Below are positions 46,599 through 56,594 of a DNA stretch of 64,000 nucleotides, one piece after another. The notes under the pieces are model-generated. The model was not told where the DNA came from, did no database searches, and saw nothing but the letters and a program-made list of their open reading frames with translations. A program made the position numbers and the translations under genes. This DNA comes from an uncultured SAR86 cluster bacterium (GTDB lineage: Bacteria; Pseudomonadota; Gammaproteobacteria; Magnimaribacterales; D2472), in NCBI GenBank assembly GCA_902601475.1, contig CACKNK010000002.1, positions 135,739 to 199,738 on the forward strand, in the 5' to 3' direction. Within the stretch, counting starts at the first letter, position 1, and every line of letters begins with the position of its first letter.

Positions 46599-47161
46599 TA
46601 TTTTCTTCCAGCGTATTCACTGGTTCTTGTGTCAACCTTGATAGTTTCTCCTTCTTCAACAAAAAGAGGAACCTGAATTGAAACTCCAGTCTCCAGTTTC
46701 GCAGGCTTTGTAGCTCCTGATACGGTGTCCCCTTTAACCCCTGGCTCTGAACTGGTAATTTTTAATTCTACAAATGGAGGTACTTCAATACTAATAGGCG
46801 ATCCATTCCAACTAATTACCTCGCAAGCCTCTTGTCCAATTAACCATTGTTTTGCATCAGACATAATGTCTTCATTGATGCTAATTTGATCGAAGTTCTC
46901 TTGATCCATGAAGTGCCAATTATCACCATCGGAATATAGATATGTCATCTCTTTTGCAATCACATCTGCTTGATCAACGCTTTCACCAGATTTAAAGGTT
47001 TTGTCGATCACTTTGCCAGTTAGTAGGTTTCTATATTTAACTCTCATTACAGCTTGACCCTTACCAGGTTTATGAAACTCATGATCAAGTATTGAGCAAG
47101 GTGCGCCATTGAGTATAATCTTTAGTCCGTTTTTGAATTGATTAGTCGAGGTTTTAGTCAT
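46598..47161 (-). CDS. efp: Elongation factor P
   Basis: KPGKGQAVMRVKYRNLLTG (modified-Lys loop) and the three-domain length of 187 aa. Confidence 0.93.
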   Translation of the reverse strand: MTKTSTNQFKNGLKIILNGAPCSILDHEFHKPGKGQAVMRVKYRNLLTGKVIDKTFKSGESVDQADVIAKEMTYLYSDGDNWHFMDQENFDQISINEDIMSDAKQWLIGQEACEVISWNGSPISIEVPPFVELKITSSEPGVKGDTVSGATKPAKLETGVSIQVPLFVEEGETIKVDTRTSEYAGRK

Positions 47162-47195
47162 ATCTATGCGGTTTTAATTAAATAAGGGTTTTATC

Positions 47196-49007
47196 ATGAA
47201 GAGATTTTATACGTTTTTAGCAAGTTTATTACTAATTGTATCTTGCTCAGATACAAATTCATCCACTTATACAGAAGCTGATGCATTAGAGTTTTTGGAA
47301 CGAATCGAGAAAGAGGATGAGACGCTTGGACCTATAGCTAGTTCAGCTTATTGGATCGGCTCTAATTTTATTACCTACGATTCACAAAAAATAGTTTCTG
47401 ACTTCGGCATGAGATTGCAACTTTTATCCTTGGAGAGGGCTAGGGAAGCAGCCTTATTTAATAATTCCGAACTATCTGACTCAACTAGGAGGAAGCTGGA
47501 TTTAATAAAGGGTTCATTTGTAATGCCATCACCTTATGATAGTGAGCTTGCCAAAGAATTATCAAATATATCAACTGAACTAGAAGCAATGTATGGGACT
47601 GGCACACATTGCTTTGAGGATGGAGAGTGTTATGACCTTGAGGCCTTTGAAAATGTGATTGATAACTCTAGAGACACAGATGAATTATTGAGAGCTTGGA
47701 CTGGCTGGAGAGAAATTGGCAAACCTATGAAAGAAAAATACCTCAGAATGGTAGAAATAGGCAATCAAGGTGCAGAAGATCTAGGATACTCCGGCCTTCT
47801 TGATTTATGGTTTAGTAAATATGATATGCCGGTTGAAGAGTTTCAGAATGAGACCGAGAGAGTATGGCAAGAATTAAAGCCCTTATATGACTCACTTCAG
47901 TGCCATGTCAAAAACAAGCTTACTGAATATTATGGTCCTGAAATAATGCCAGGCGATGGAACCATTCCAGCTCACATTTTAGGAAATATGTGGGGTCAAT
48001 CATGGATAAATATTTATGATCTTGTCTATGAGCCTGCAGGAGAGCAATCTGCCATTGATTTAACTGCCATCATAAATGAAAGAAACCTTGATGAGATAGA
48101 GATGGTAGAAATAGCTGAAAACTTTTTCTTATCATTGGGGTTTGATGAGCTTTCAGATACTTTTTGGGACAGATCCCTTTTTGTAAAACCACAGGATCGC
48201 GATGTTGTATGTCATGCATCAGCTTGGAATCTTGACTCCAATGAAGATCTAAGGATTAAGATGTGCATTGAGAAAAATTCAGAAGACTTCACAACGATTC
48301 ACCATGAATTAGGACATATATTTTATTATCAAGCTTACAATCATCTTCCTAGCGTATTTGAAGGTGGAGCCAATGATGGCTTTCATGAAGCAGTTGGAGA
48401 CTTACTAGCTCTTTCGATAACACCAGATTATCTTGAAAGGATTGGCTTCATTTCAAAAGAAGAAGCTGATGCTGCAAATAGCGATCCCATAGCGTTATTA
48501 ATGCAGCAAGCTTTAGATGGCGTCGTAGGAGTTCCATGGACATTAATGCTTGATAGATGGAGGGGAGGTGTTTTTGAAGGAACAACCAGTAATCAAGAAC
48601 TTAATTCTAGCTGGTGGGACCTTAGAAAGGAGTACCAAGGAATAACATCACCAGCTCAAAGACCCTTAGATGCATTCGATCCAGGAGCTAAATATCATAT
48701 TCCTGGCAATACTCCCTACACAAGATATTATCTTGCTAGGATCATGCAATATCAGTTTCATGAAGCCCTATGTAAAAAGATTGGATTTCAGGGACCACTT
48801 CATGAGTGTTCCATATATAACAGTAAAATTGCTGGAGAAAGCTTAAGAGATATGCTTAGCCTGGGACAAAGTGTTCCTTGGCAAGATGCATTTGAAAAAA
48901 TAACAGGAACAAGGTCTTTAAGCGGAACCTCAATGCTAAACTACTACATGCCACTAAAAGAATGGCTTGATGAGCAAAATGATGGCCTCGAGTGTGGCTG
49001 GGAGTAA
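47196..49007 (+). CDS. Peptidyl-dipeptidase A (peptidase M2, ACE-like), lipoprotein
   Basis: Zincin HHELGHIFYY plus the downstream FHEAVGD third ligand. Lipobox LLIVSCS. Confidence 0.85.
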   Translation: MKRFYTFLASLLLIVSCSDTNSSTYTEADALEFLERIEKEDETLGPIASSAYWIGSNFITYDSQKIVSDFGMRLQLLSLERAREAALFNNSELSDSTRRKLDLIKGSFVMPSPYDSELAKELSNISTELEAMYGTGTHCFEDGECYDLEAFENVIDNSRDTDELLRAWTGWREIGKPMKEKYLRMVEIGNQGAEDLGYSGLLDLWFSKYDMPVEEFQNETERVWQELKPLYDSLQCHVKNKLTEYYGPEIMPGDGTIPAHILGNMWGQSWINIYDLVYEPAGEQSAIDLTAIINERNLDEIEMVEIAENFFLSLGFDELSDTFWDRSLFVKPQDRDVVCHASAWNLDSNEDLRIKMCIEKNSEDFTTIHHELGHIFYYQAYNHLPSVFEGGANDGFHEAVGDLLALSITPDYLERIGFISKEEADAANSDPIALLMQQALDGVVGVPWTLMLDRWRGGVFEGTTSNQELNSSWWDLRKEYQGITSPAQRPLDAFDPGAKYHIPGNTPYTRYYLARIMQYQFHEALCKKIGFQGPLHECSIYNSKIAGESLRDMLSLGQSVPWQDAFEKITGTRSLSGTSMLNYYMPLKEWLDEQNDGLECGWE

Positions 49008-49010
49008 ATT

Positions 49011-49874
49011 TTGATTAATATATTAATAACCCTTGGGGTTGTAATTTTCGCTCTGCTATTTTCATGGATGATTTCTGGAGAGTCATTGATTTTTAATGAC
49101 CATCCAGCTTTGATTTTACTGTTTGGATTGTCATTCCTCATCCAGTGGATGGCTTATATTCCATCTGTAACTTTAAAAACAGAAAAGTTTTATGATCTTA
49201 CAGGCAGTATCACATATATAACTGTAATGCTGATATCTATTTACTTAGCCTCATTATTTAACGTTCTATCGATACCAAAAATTATTATCGCTGGGGCAAT
49301 AATCATTTGGGCTCTTAGGCTTGGCTCATTTTTATTCATGAGAATTCATAAAGCTGGAGAGGATAAAAGATTTGCTGATATCAAGGTTAATCCTCCTCGA
49401 TTACTAATGACGTGGACTTTGCAGGGATTATGGGTATGCATATGTTCGGCATCTGCACTGGTTGCCCTAACAAGCTCTATGATGCTTGATATCTCGACTA
49501 TTTTTATAGCCGGTTTAGCTTTATTTATTATCGGGTTTCTTTTGGAGGTAATCGCTGATAACCAAAAAACTAAATTTAATTCCTTGCCTGAAAACAAAGA
49601 TAAATTTATAAACGTTGGCTTATGGTCAAGATCTAGACATCCAAACTACTTTGGTGAGTTTTTGGTGTGGGCGGGAATTAGCATAATGTCTATTGAATAC
49701 ATGTCGGGACTCTCTTATGCAGCGCTAATATCCCCTGTTTTTTCATATTTGCTTATTAATTATGTAAGCGGGGTAAGAATGCTCGAAAACAAAGCCAGGA
49801 AGAAGTGGGGGCATTTAGACTCGTATAAGGAATATTTAGCAAAAACTCCGAAATTTATGCCAAAGTTGTTTTAA
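49011..49874 (+). CDS. DUF1295 / steroid 5-alpha-reductase-like membrane protein
   Basis: Polytopic membrane protein with SRHPNYFGEFLVW. Confidence 0.7.
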   Translation: MINILITLGVVIFALLFSWMISGESLIFNDHPALILLFGLSFLIQWMAYIPSVTLKTEKFYDLTGSITYITVMLISIYLASLFNVLSIPKIIIAGAIIIWALRLGSFLFMRIHKAGEDKRFADIKVNPPRLLMTWTLQGLWVCICSASALVALTSSMMLDISTIFIAGLALFIIGFLLEVIADNQKTKFNSLPENKDKFINVGLWSRSRHPNYFGEFLVWAGISIMSIEYMSGLSYAALISPVFSYLLINYVSGVRMLENKARKKWGHLDSYKEYLAKTPKFMPKLF

Positions 49875-50000
49875 AATACCACTAAATATTAAAATTAAAA
49901 AATATAGAAGATTAAGAGTAGGTAAAGCAGTTGAAATTATATTTTGTCATTACATTGTCTTCTGTTAGTATTAATTTTCTCGAATCACAAGGGGTCTAAT

Positions 50001-50750
50001 ATGTTACGTAATAAATTAGTAATTGCTGGGATCTTTTGCGCATCACTCACCGCTTCAGAAATGGAGCTGGTTTTAGATGTAGGCAAAGATAACACCAATT
50101 TATCAGCACAATCTCAAGCTAAAATCGATTCAACTGAGAGCGATACAGACAAGATTGTTAATGAATATAAGGTTGTCTCAAAGCAGGTTGAAGGTTTAAA
50201 ACTATACAACGCTCAGAAGAGAATCCAAATCCAAGCACAGCTTGATCTAATGGACAAATATGATGAGCAACTTATTCAGGTTGTAATCATGCAAAGACAA
50301 ATACCACCACTAGCGCAAAGAATGCTAGAAGGTTTAGAGAAGTACGTAAACTTAGATACACCTTTCCATATTGAGGAAAGAAGACAGAGAATCGACTTGG
50401 TAAGAAGCTCACTATCTAACCCCAAAGTGACAGCTTCAGAACAAGTTAGACAGATCTTAGAAGCTTTTAACATTGAGGCTGAATACGGAAGAAAGCTTGA
50501 TGCTTATGAAGAAACAATAGTCTTGGACAATCAAGAAATTGTAGTGAATATTCTAAGAGTGGGTAGATTAGGCATGTTCTATCAAACTAAAGATGGAAGA
50601 GATACTGGTTATTGGGATCCAGAACTAGGCTCATGGGAATCATTACCAGGAGGTTACCGAACTCAAGTAAGAGACGGAATTAGAATGGCTAAGAAAGAAG
50701 CTCCTATCGACATGCTGGTGTTGCCAGTAAAAATGGGAGGTAATTCCTAA
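50001..50750 (+). CDS. DUF3450-type periplasmic protein (TtpB-like) of the TonB2-style cluster
   Basis: Signal peptide, coiled-coil region, and position directly upstream of the large MotA/ExbB protein. ATG at 50001 with a GGGG RBS preferred. Confidence 0.6.
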   Translation: MLRNKLVIAGIFCASLTASEMELVLDVGKDNTNLSAQSQAKIDSTESDTDKIVNEYKVVSKQVEGLKLYNAQKRIQIQAQLDLMDKYDEQLIQVVIMQRQIPPLAQRMLEGLEKYVNLDTPFHIEERRQRIDLVRSSLSNPKVTASEQVRQILEAFNIEAEYGRKLDAYEETIVLDNQEIVVNILRVGRLGMFYQTKDGRDTGYWDPELGSWESLPGGYRTQVRDGIRMAKKEAPIDMLVLPVKMGGNS

Positions 50751-52135
50751 TGAAAAATCTATATTTAATACCGCTTTTAATAGCATTTTTCCTATCTATA
50801 CCTTTTATAGCGCAAGAAACTGATGCTGAAGGCGAACCAACCACAATTCAAGGTTTGCTGCAGTTAGTCCAAGAGGGCAGAACAACTGAGCAAAATGAAA
50901 ATACAAAGCGTGAGCAGACATTTCTTGCTGAAAAGAGCAAACAAGCATCTATTTTAGCTGCAGAAAAAAGAGAGCTAGCCAGGCAAGAAAGGATAGCTGA
51001 TCAATTAGAAGCTGAGTATAAGAAAAATGAAGAAATCCTAAAGGTAAAAGAAGAAGCATATAAAAAAGAGCTTGGTTCTTTGGTTGAGCTTTTTGGACAC
51101 CTTCAAAGTACAGCTGGTGAGGCAAGCTCATTATTCTCTGAATCTATAACTGCTGCTGAGTATGGAAGAGAAAGGGAAACATTCCTAAATGAACTGGCTA
51201 AGAAAATGTCTGATGCCACTGAACTTCCAACTATTACAGAACTTGAAAGACTTTGGTTTGAGTTGCAAAGAGAAATGGTTGCTGGATCAGAAGTTACTAG
51301 GTTTACTACTAGTGTTATTGGTCTCGATGGAGAAAGTACTAATTGCGACGTAGTAAGGGTGGGGCTTTACAATGCAATATGTGATGGCAAGTATTTAGAA
51401 TACGTTGCGTCAAAAGGCCAATATGCCTTTCTTCCAAAACAACCTGAAAGAAAATATAGAGGCGGTGCTGGTGATATTTCTGACGCATCAGCGGGTGAAA
51501 TCATTAAATTTGGTGTTGACCCAACAGGACCTGCAGGCGGAAGCTTATTGGCTAACTTGATTCTTGCACCGAGTTTACTTGAAAGAATTAATCAAGGTAG
51601 AGAAGTCGGATATATCATTATATTTGTAGGTTTCTTTGGTGTTGTTATTGCTCTTTGGAAACTCTATCAACTTTACATGATGGGAAGAGCTGTCAAAGCT
51701 CAATCATCTGCTAAGAAACCTAATGCTAATAACCCATTAGGTAGAGTCATGAAAGTGGGTAATGACAATCTTGATAAAGATATTGAAACACTAGAACTTA
51801 AGCTTGCAGAAGCAATTATGTCTGAAAGGCCTGCTATTGAGAGAGGCATCAATGTTGTAAAAATTATATCAGTTGTAGCTCCCTTAGCAGGACTGTTAGG
51901 TACTGTTACAGGTATGATTGTTACTTTCCAACAAATTACTTTATTTGGAACCGGTGATCCTAAGATCATGGCAGGAGGTATATCACAAGCACTAGTTACC
52001 ACTGTTCTTGGTCTTGTTGTTGCGATACCAACAACCTTACTCCATTCATTTGCTAACTCCTCTGCAAGAGGAATTATCAATGTGCTAGAGGAGCAAAGTA
52101 CTGGGATTGTTGCAGAGCATTCTGAGAATAGATAA
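50750..52135 (+). CDS. Large MotA/TolQ/ExbB proton-channel family protein (TtpC-like)
   Basis: Long periplasmic coiled-coil N-terminal part. C-terminal VAPLAGLLGTVTGMIVTFQ channel motif. Confidence 0.8.
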   Translation: MKNLYLIPLLIAFFLSIPFIAQETDAEGEPTTIQGLLQLVQEGRTTEQNENTKREQTFLAEKSKQASILAAEKRELARQERIADQLEAEYKKNEEILKVKEEAYKKELGSLVELFGHLQSTAGEASSLFSESITAAEYGRERETFLNELAKKMSDATELPTITELERLWFELQREMVAGSEVTRFTTSVIGLDGESTNCDVVRVGLYNAICDGKYLEYVASKGQYAFLPKQPERKYRGGAGDISDASAGEIIKFGVDPTGPAGGSLLANLILAPSLLERINQGREVGYIIIFVGFFGVVIALWKLYQLYMMGRAVKAQSSAKKPNANNPLGRVMKVGNDNLDKDIETLELKLAEAIMSERPAIERGINVVKIISVVAPLAGLLGTVTGMIVTFQQITLFGTGDPKIMAGGISQALVTTVLGLVVAIPTTLLHSFANSSARGIINVLEEQSTGIVAEHSENR

Positions 52136-52139
52136 TTAA

Positions 52140-52661
52140 ATGTACGCTATTTTCGAAGCATTTGATTCTCTCAATGACTTTATGTCAGCTGGGGGAATGG
52201 TGCTTTGGTTAATAGCGTTTTTAGCCCTTTTCATGTGGGCACTTATTCTAGAAAGAATTTGGTACTTTAATTCAGGACATAAAGAGTTTATGAAGCCCCT
52301 AGTCAAACAGTGGAATGGGATTTCTGATCACTCTAGCTGGAAGGCATCACAAATCAAAGATAAGTTGAGGTCCGAAGCAAAGGAGGAGATCAACAAGCAT
52401 ATGTCTTTGATTCAAACATGCGTTGCTCTTGCTCCGTTATTTGGATTGCTTGGAACCGTGACCGGAATGATTGAGGTATTCCAAGTTATGGCTTTTACTG
52501 GTGGTGGAGATGCAAGATCAATGGCAGGCGGTGTCTCTAAGGCCACCCTTCCAACGATGGCTGGCATGACAACAGCACTTTCTGGTGTTTTTGCTACAAT
52601 TTATTTAAATGCAGCAAAAAATAATGAAGAAATCCATCTTAAAGAACTTATTAAAAACTAA
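52140..52661 (+). CDS. exbB: ExbB/TolQ-type proton channel
   Basis: APLFGLLGTVTGMIEVFQ and three TM helices. Confidence 0.85.
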   Translation: MYAIFEAFDSLNDFMSAGGMVLWLIAFLALFMWALILERIWYFNSGHKEFMKPLVKQWNGISDHSSWKASQIKDKLRSEAKEEINKHMSLIQTCVALAPLFGLLGTVTGMIEVFQVMAFTGGGDARSMAGGVSKATLPTMAGMTTALSGVFATIYLNAAKNNEEIHLKELIKN

Positions 52662-52673
52662 AAGGAGATTATT

Positions 52674-53084
52674 GTGAGAAGAAATGCAATATCATCAGCT
52701 GTTCAAGAAGAAGAAAGCGAAATTAATCTAACTCCAATGCTTGATGTTGTTTTCATCATGCTAATCTTTTTTATTGTTACAGCAAACTTTATTAAGGAGC
52801 CAGGTTTAGAAATCAACCGTCCAGATGCTGAAACTTCTGAAGTTCAAGAAAATGCAGCTATTTTAATTGCCGTTGGACCTACAGGTGAAATCTGGATGGA
52901 CGGAAGAAGAATCGATGCAAGACAAGTAAAAGCTAACGTTGTAAAACTTCTTGCAGATAATCCACAAGGGTCAGTAGTGATTCAGGCTGATGAAAAAGCA
53001 ATGGCTGATACAATTATTCAAGTAATGGACGGAGCAAGAGATGCAGGAGTGTTCAACATTTCGCTAGCATCTGAACCAAAATAA
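52674..53084 (+). CDS. exbD: Biopolymer transport protein ExbD/TolR
   Basis: INLTPMLDVVFIMLIFFIV and a periplasmic domain. Confidence 0.85.
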   Translation: MRRNAISSAVQEEESEINLTPMLDVVFIMLIFFIVTANFIKEPGLEINRPDAETSEVQENAAILIAVGPTGEIWMDGRRIDARQVKANVVKLLADNPQGSVVIQADEKAMADTIIQVMDGARDAGVFNISLASEPK

Positions 53085-53088
53085 TATC

Positions 53089-53796
53089 ATGGACGGAGTG
53101 CTGAAATCGATCACTGATCCTATAAACAAAGCACTTGCACCCCTATACGACTTAATAAATAAAGCTTTTGAATATAATAAGTTTCTAGCAGGAGGCGCTT
53201 TAGCTACATTCATAACTGTTGCTTTATTTTTTCTCATGGTTGCATTGATATCTCTTGGAGATACGGGCATCAAAACGGATAATTCTAGAAAATTAGCTGA
53301 TGTCATCATGCCAGAAAGAGATATTGATACTCTCTTTGACGATTTTGAAAAACCTGAAGAACCCGAAGAACAGCCCGAGGACATAGCTCAACCAGAATTG
53401 GATTTATCTCCAGTTGATAATGTTCAGGTTGCAATGCCAAAGCCAAAAGCAAACTTTACAGCCGGAAGTGGATTTTTTAGGGACGGAGAGTATATTCCAT
53501 TATTTAAAGTCACACCTATTTATCCAAGACGAGCACAAGAAAGAGGCATCATGGGATATTCAATCGTTGCCTTCACCATAACGGAAACAGGAACCGTTGA
53601 AAATGTTGAAGCACTTGAAGGTGCCTGTGGAGATCCAAGGGATCCCGCCACCGAGTTTAGACCATGCTCAATTTTTAATAGCTCAGCAAAACGTGCGGCA
53701 GTTAAATTAAAGTACAAACCAAAAATTGTAGATGGAAAAGCAGTTCCGGTGCCTGATGTACCACATAAATTTACATTTATTTTAGAGGATGACTAA
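53089..53796 (+). CDS. tonB: TonB-family energy transducer
   Basis: N-terminal TM. Pro/Glu-rich linker EKPEEPEEQPEDIAQPE. C-terminal domain YPRRAQERGIMGYSIVAFTITETGTVENV. Confidence 0.8.
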   Translation: MDGVLKSITDPINKALAPLYDLINKAFEYNKFLAGGALATFITVALFFLMVALISLGDTGIKTDNSRKLADVIMPERDIDTLFDDFEKPEEPEEQPEDIAQPELDLSPVDNVQVAMPKPKANFTAGSGFFRDGEYIPLFKVTPIYPRRAQERGIMGYSIVAFTITETGTVENVEALEGACGDPRDPATEFRPCSIFNSSAKRAAVKLKYKPKIVDGKAVPVPDVPHKFTFILEDD

Positions 53797-53797
53797 C

Positions 53798-55222
53798 ATG
53801 AGAAACTTTTTAAGCATTATCTTCGTTGCCTCTTTACTAATCACAGCTCCGTTGTCTTTTGATCTTAATGCGCAAGCCGGCACACAGAAGAATCAGAATG
53901 ATGACATGAAGCAAAAATACCGAAAAGCTCGTGTCCTCCAAACCAGTACCGCCAAAAAGATTACTAAAGTTGTTGAAGCCTTAGAAAGAGTTAATGAGGA
54001 AGGAAAAGAGGACCCCGACTGGGTTACCGTCAGAGTAATATTAAATGAACTGCTAGCCAATAAAGATGAGCTTAAAAGCTATGACAGATCAGTCATGTGG
54101 AATTATTGGGGATACGTATATTTTAGTGATGAGGATTATGACAGTGCGATGTATGCCTATGAACAGCTCCTCCAAGAACCAGAAGCAACTATTCCACTCA
54201 GAACAGCTTCATTATTTACAGTTGCACAACTTTATATGGTTAAAGGCAACTTCAAAAAGGGTATTGATTACATACTTAGATGGATGGATGAGGTTGAGAA
54301 AGTTACAGCTCAATCTTACTCATTATTAGCTACAGCCTATTATCAAATAGATGACTTTATCAAGGCTAGAGATAGCATGCTAGAAGCTGTAAGGTTGGCA
54401 GAAGAAGTTGAAGAATATAGACCCAAAGAAAATTGGTATGTTTTATTAGCAGCTTGTTATGCAGAATTGCTGGATGCTAAGAAAATGACGAAGCAAGAGT
54501 CATTAGAAAAGCGTTTAGAGATATATGAAATCTTAGTTAATTACTATCCTAAAAAACAATATTTTCTTCAGCTAGGTGGTGTCTATTCACAGATGGATAG
54601 AGAAACTGATTACATGATTACGCTTAAAGCTGCCTATATGAAAGATCTGCTCGATAAAGAGTCTGAGTATATGGCACTTGCTCAATTACTATTATTGAAT
54701 AAAAATCCTTACTGGGCTGCTCAAGTAATTGTTGATGGTCAAGAAAAACAGGTTCTTGTTAAGGATGAAGAAACCGAAAAAGAGGAGCTTAAACCAGTTG
54801 TAAAAGATACGTTTAAGAACCTAAAAGTATTAGCTGACTCCTGGAGAATGGCTCAAGAAATAGATAAAGCAATTCCAGTTTTAGAGCAAGCAGCAAAGTT
54901 AGCTAAAGATGGCGAGACATTTATCCTTCTAGGAAACCTTTACTTATTTGAAGACAGATTGGATGATGCGATTGTTGCAATTCAAAATGGTATCAAGAAA
55001 GGCGGACTTAAGAAAACTTCCCAAGCTCATTTAGTGCTTGGCCAGGCATTTTTTGAACTGCAGAACTTTGATGATGCCAAGAAATATTTCAGAATGGCTG
55101 CTAGGGATGATGATAAGCGCATCAAGAAAACAGCAAACTCTTGGATAAAGTATTCTGAAAATGAAGAAGTAAGAGTCAGGAATTTACAGCTAAGAAGAGA
55201 ATTTATAGAGCAAAACTCCTAA
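53798..55222 (+). CDS. TPR-repeat protein (TtpD-like) of the TonB2-style cluster
   Basis: Signal peptide. Multiple TPR-like A/Y/L helices (AMYAYEQLL, LGQAFFELQNFDDAKKYF). The second ATG (53798) has a GAGGA RBS. Confidence 0.7.
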   Translation: MRNFLSIIFVASLLITAPLSFDLNAQAGTQKNQNDDMKQKYRKARVLQTSTAKKITKVVEALERVNEEGKEDPDWVTVRVILNELLANKDELKSYDRSVMWNYWGYVYFSDEDYDSAMYAYEQLLQEPEATIPLRTASLFTVAQLYMVKGNFKKGIDYILRWMDEVEKVTAQSYSLLATAYYQIDDFIKARDSMLEAVRLAEEVEEYRPKENWYVLLAACYAELLDAKKMTKQESLEKRLEIYEILVNYYPKKQYFLQLGGVYSQMDRETDYMITLKAAYMKDLLDKESEYMALAQLLLLNKNPYWAAQVIVDGQEKQVLVKDEETEKEELKPVVKDTFKNLKVLADSWRMAQEIDKAIPVLEQAAKLAKDGETFILLGNLYLFEDRLDDAIVAIQNGIKKGGLKKTSQAHLVLGQAFFELQNFDDAKKYFRMAARDDDKRIKKTANSWIKYSENEEVRVRNLQLRREFIEQNS

Positions 55223-55725
55223 ATTTTTTCATATAAATCTATACTAAAATCAAATTGGTTTTTTTCATCCTTTAAATGTTTTGATACATTTTTTCTAGAA
55301 AAATTTTGCATATCAATTTCAGGATAGAAGACGTCACCATCAATTTCACAATCAACTTGCGTTAACACTAGCCTATTCATTATAGGAAGAGTCTCATTAA
55401 AGATTTGTGCTCCACCAATTATTATTACTTCATCTTCTAACTGGTGTTTCTCGTTATATTGATTTGCAAAAGCAATTCCATCTTCCACTTCACTAAAAAC
55501 ATTTACACCCTCAATTTCTGATAGAGACCTAGAAATCACAATATTTATTCTTTGAGGCAAAGGTTTTCCAATTGACTCAAAAGTCTTTCTACCCATAACT
55601 ATCGGTTTATTCAATGTATATTGTTTAAAGTGATTTAAGTCATCAGGCAAACTCCAAGGAAGATCATTATTGACTCCAATAACTCTATTTTTTGCCATAG
55701 CAACTAAATGAGATATCACTGACAT
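55219..55725 (-). CDS. folA: Dihydrofolate reductase
   Basis: VIGVNNDLPWSLPDDLNHFKQYTLNKPIVMGRKTFESIG. Confidence 0.9.
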   Translation of the reverse strand: MSVISHLVAMAKNRVIGVNNDLPWSLPDDLNHFKQYTLNKPIVMGRKTFESIGKPLPQRINIVISRSLSEIEGVNVFSEVEDGIAFANQYNEKHQLEDEVIIIGGAQIFNETLPIMNRLVLTQVDCEIDGDVFYPEIDMQNFSRKNVSKHLKDEKNQFDFSIDLYEKI

Positions 55726-55727
55726 AT

Positions 55728-56594
55728 TTATACGGCCATTTCTGCAGTTATCGCTGGATGAGGATTATAGCCGTCTAATGCAAAATCATCCAAAGACAGA
55801 GAATTTAATTCTTCGATTGATTTAATATTTGGCATCTTAAGTTTAGGAAGTTTTTTTGGCTCTCGGGAAATTTGTTCATTTACCTGTTCGACACAGTTCA
55901 TATAGATATGACAATCACCAAAGGAATGAACAAAATCTCCAACCTCTAATTCAAGGATGCTTGCAAGAATATGTGTGAGTAGAGCATAGCTAGCAATATT
56001 AAAGGGTACACCCAAAAACATGTCCGCACTTCGCTGATACATATGACATGAAAGCTCAGACTTATTACTAACATAAAATTGGGACATCACATGACATGGA
56101 GGAAGAGCCATCTGATCTATCTCTCCAACATTCCACGCAGTAAGAATATGCCTTCGACTGTGTGGATTATGTTTAAGGTTTGTAATCAGCTCTTTTATTT
56201 GATCTTTACCTCCCCAATTTCTCCATTGAACACCATAGATCGGCCCAAGCCTTTTTTCAGTTTCAGAATTGGTGTATCCAAGTGAAACACCTTGATTATC
56301 AGCATTATCAGTCCAGATCGTAGAAAATTTGCCTTGATCAGTTAAGTTTTCCCTGGACTCATTAAATCTTATTTCAGCGAGTCTACGCTCATCATCAGAA
56401 CCCTCTAAAAACCAAAGTAATTCTGATACAACTCCTTTCCAAGCAAGTTTCTTGGTCGTTACCGCAGGAAAACCATCTTTTAAGTTAAACCTAAGTTGTT
56501 TGCCAAATAAACCAATTGTTCCAACCCCAGTTCTATCAGATTTTTCTTCTCCGGAATCTAGAATTTCTTTTAAAAGCTCAAGATAGTTTTGCAT
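55728..56594 (-). CDS. thyA: Thymidylate synthase (ThyA)
   Basis: DRTGVGT, ALPPCH active-site Cys, RSADMFLGVPFNIASYA. Confidence 0.95.
   Translation of the reverse strand: MQNYLELLKEILDSGEEKSDRTGVGTIGLFGKQLRFNLKDGFPAVTTKKLAWKGVVSELLWFLEGSDDERRLAEIRFNESRENLTDQGKFSTIWTDNADNQGVSLGYTNSETEKRLGPIYGVQWRNWGGKDQIKELITNLKHNPHSRRHILTAWNVGEIDQMALPPCHVMSQFYVSNKSELSCHMYQRSADMFLGVPFNIASYALLTHILASILELEVGDFVHSFGDCHIYMNCVEQVNEQISREPKKLPKLKMPNIKSIEELNSLSLDDFALDGYNPHPAITAEMAV

Noticed and set aside
49875-50000. Fur box upstream of the TonB2-style cluster (for example around GAAATTATATTTTGTCATTAC)
   Set aside because: It has only loose AT-rich similarity to GATAATGATAATCATTATC. In this AT-rich genome it is indistinguishable from background without a scoring matrix.
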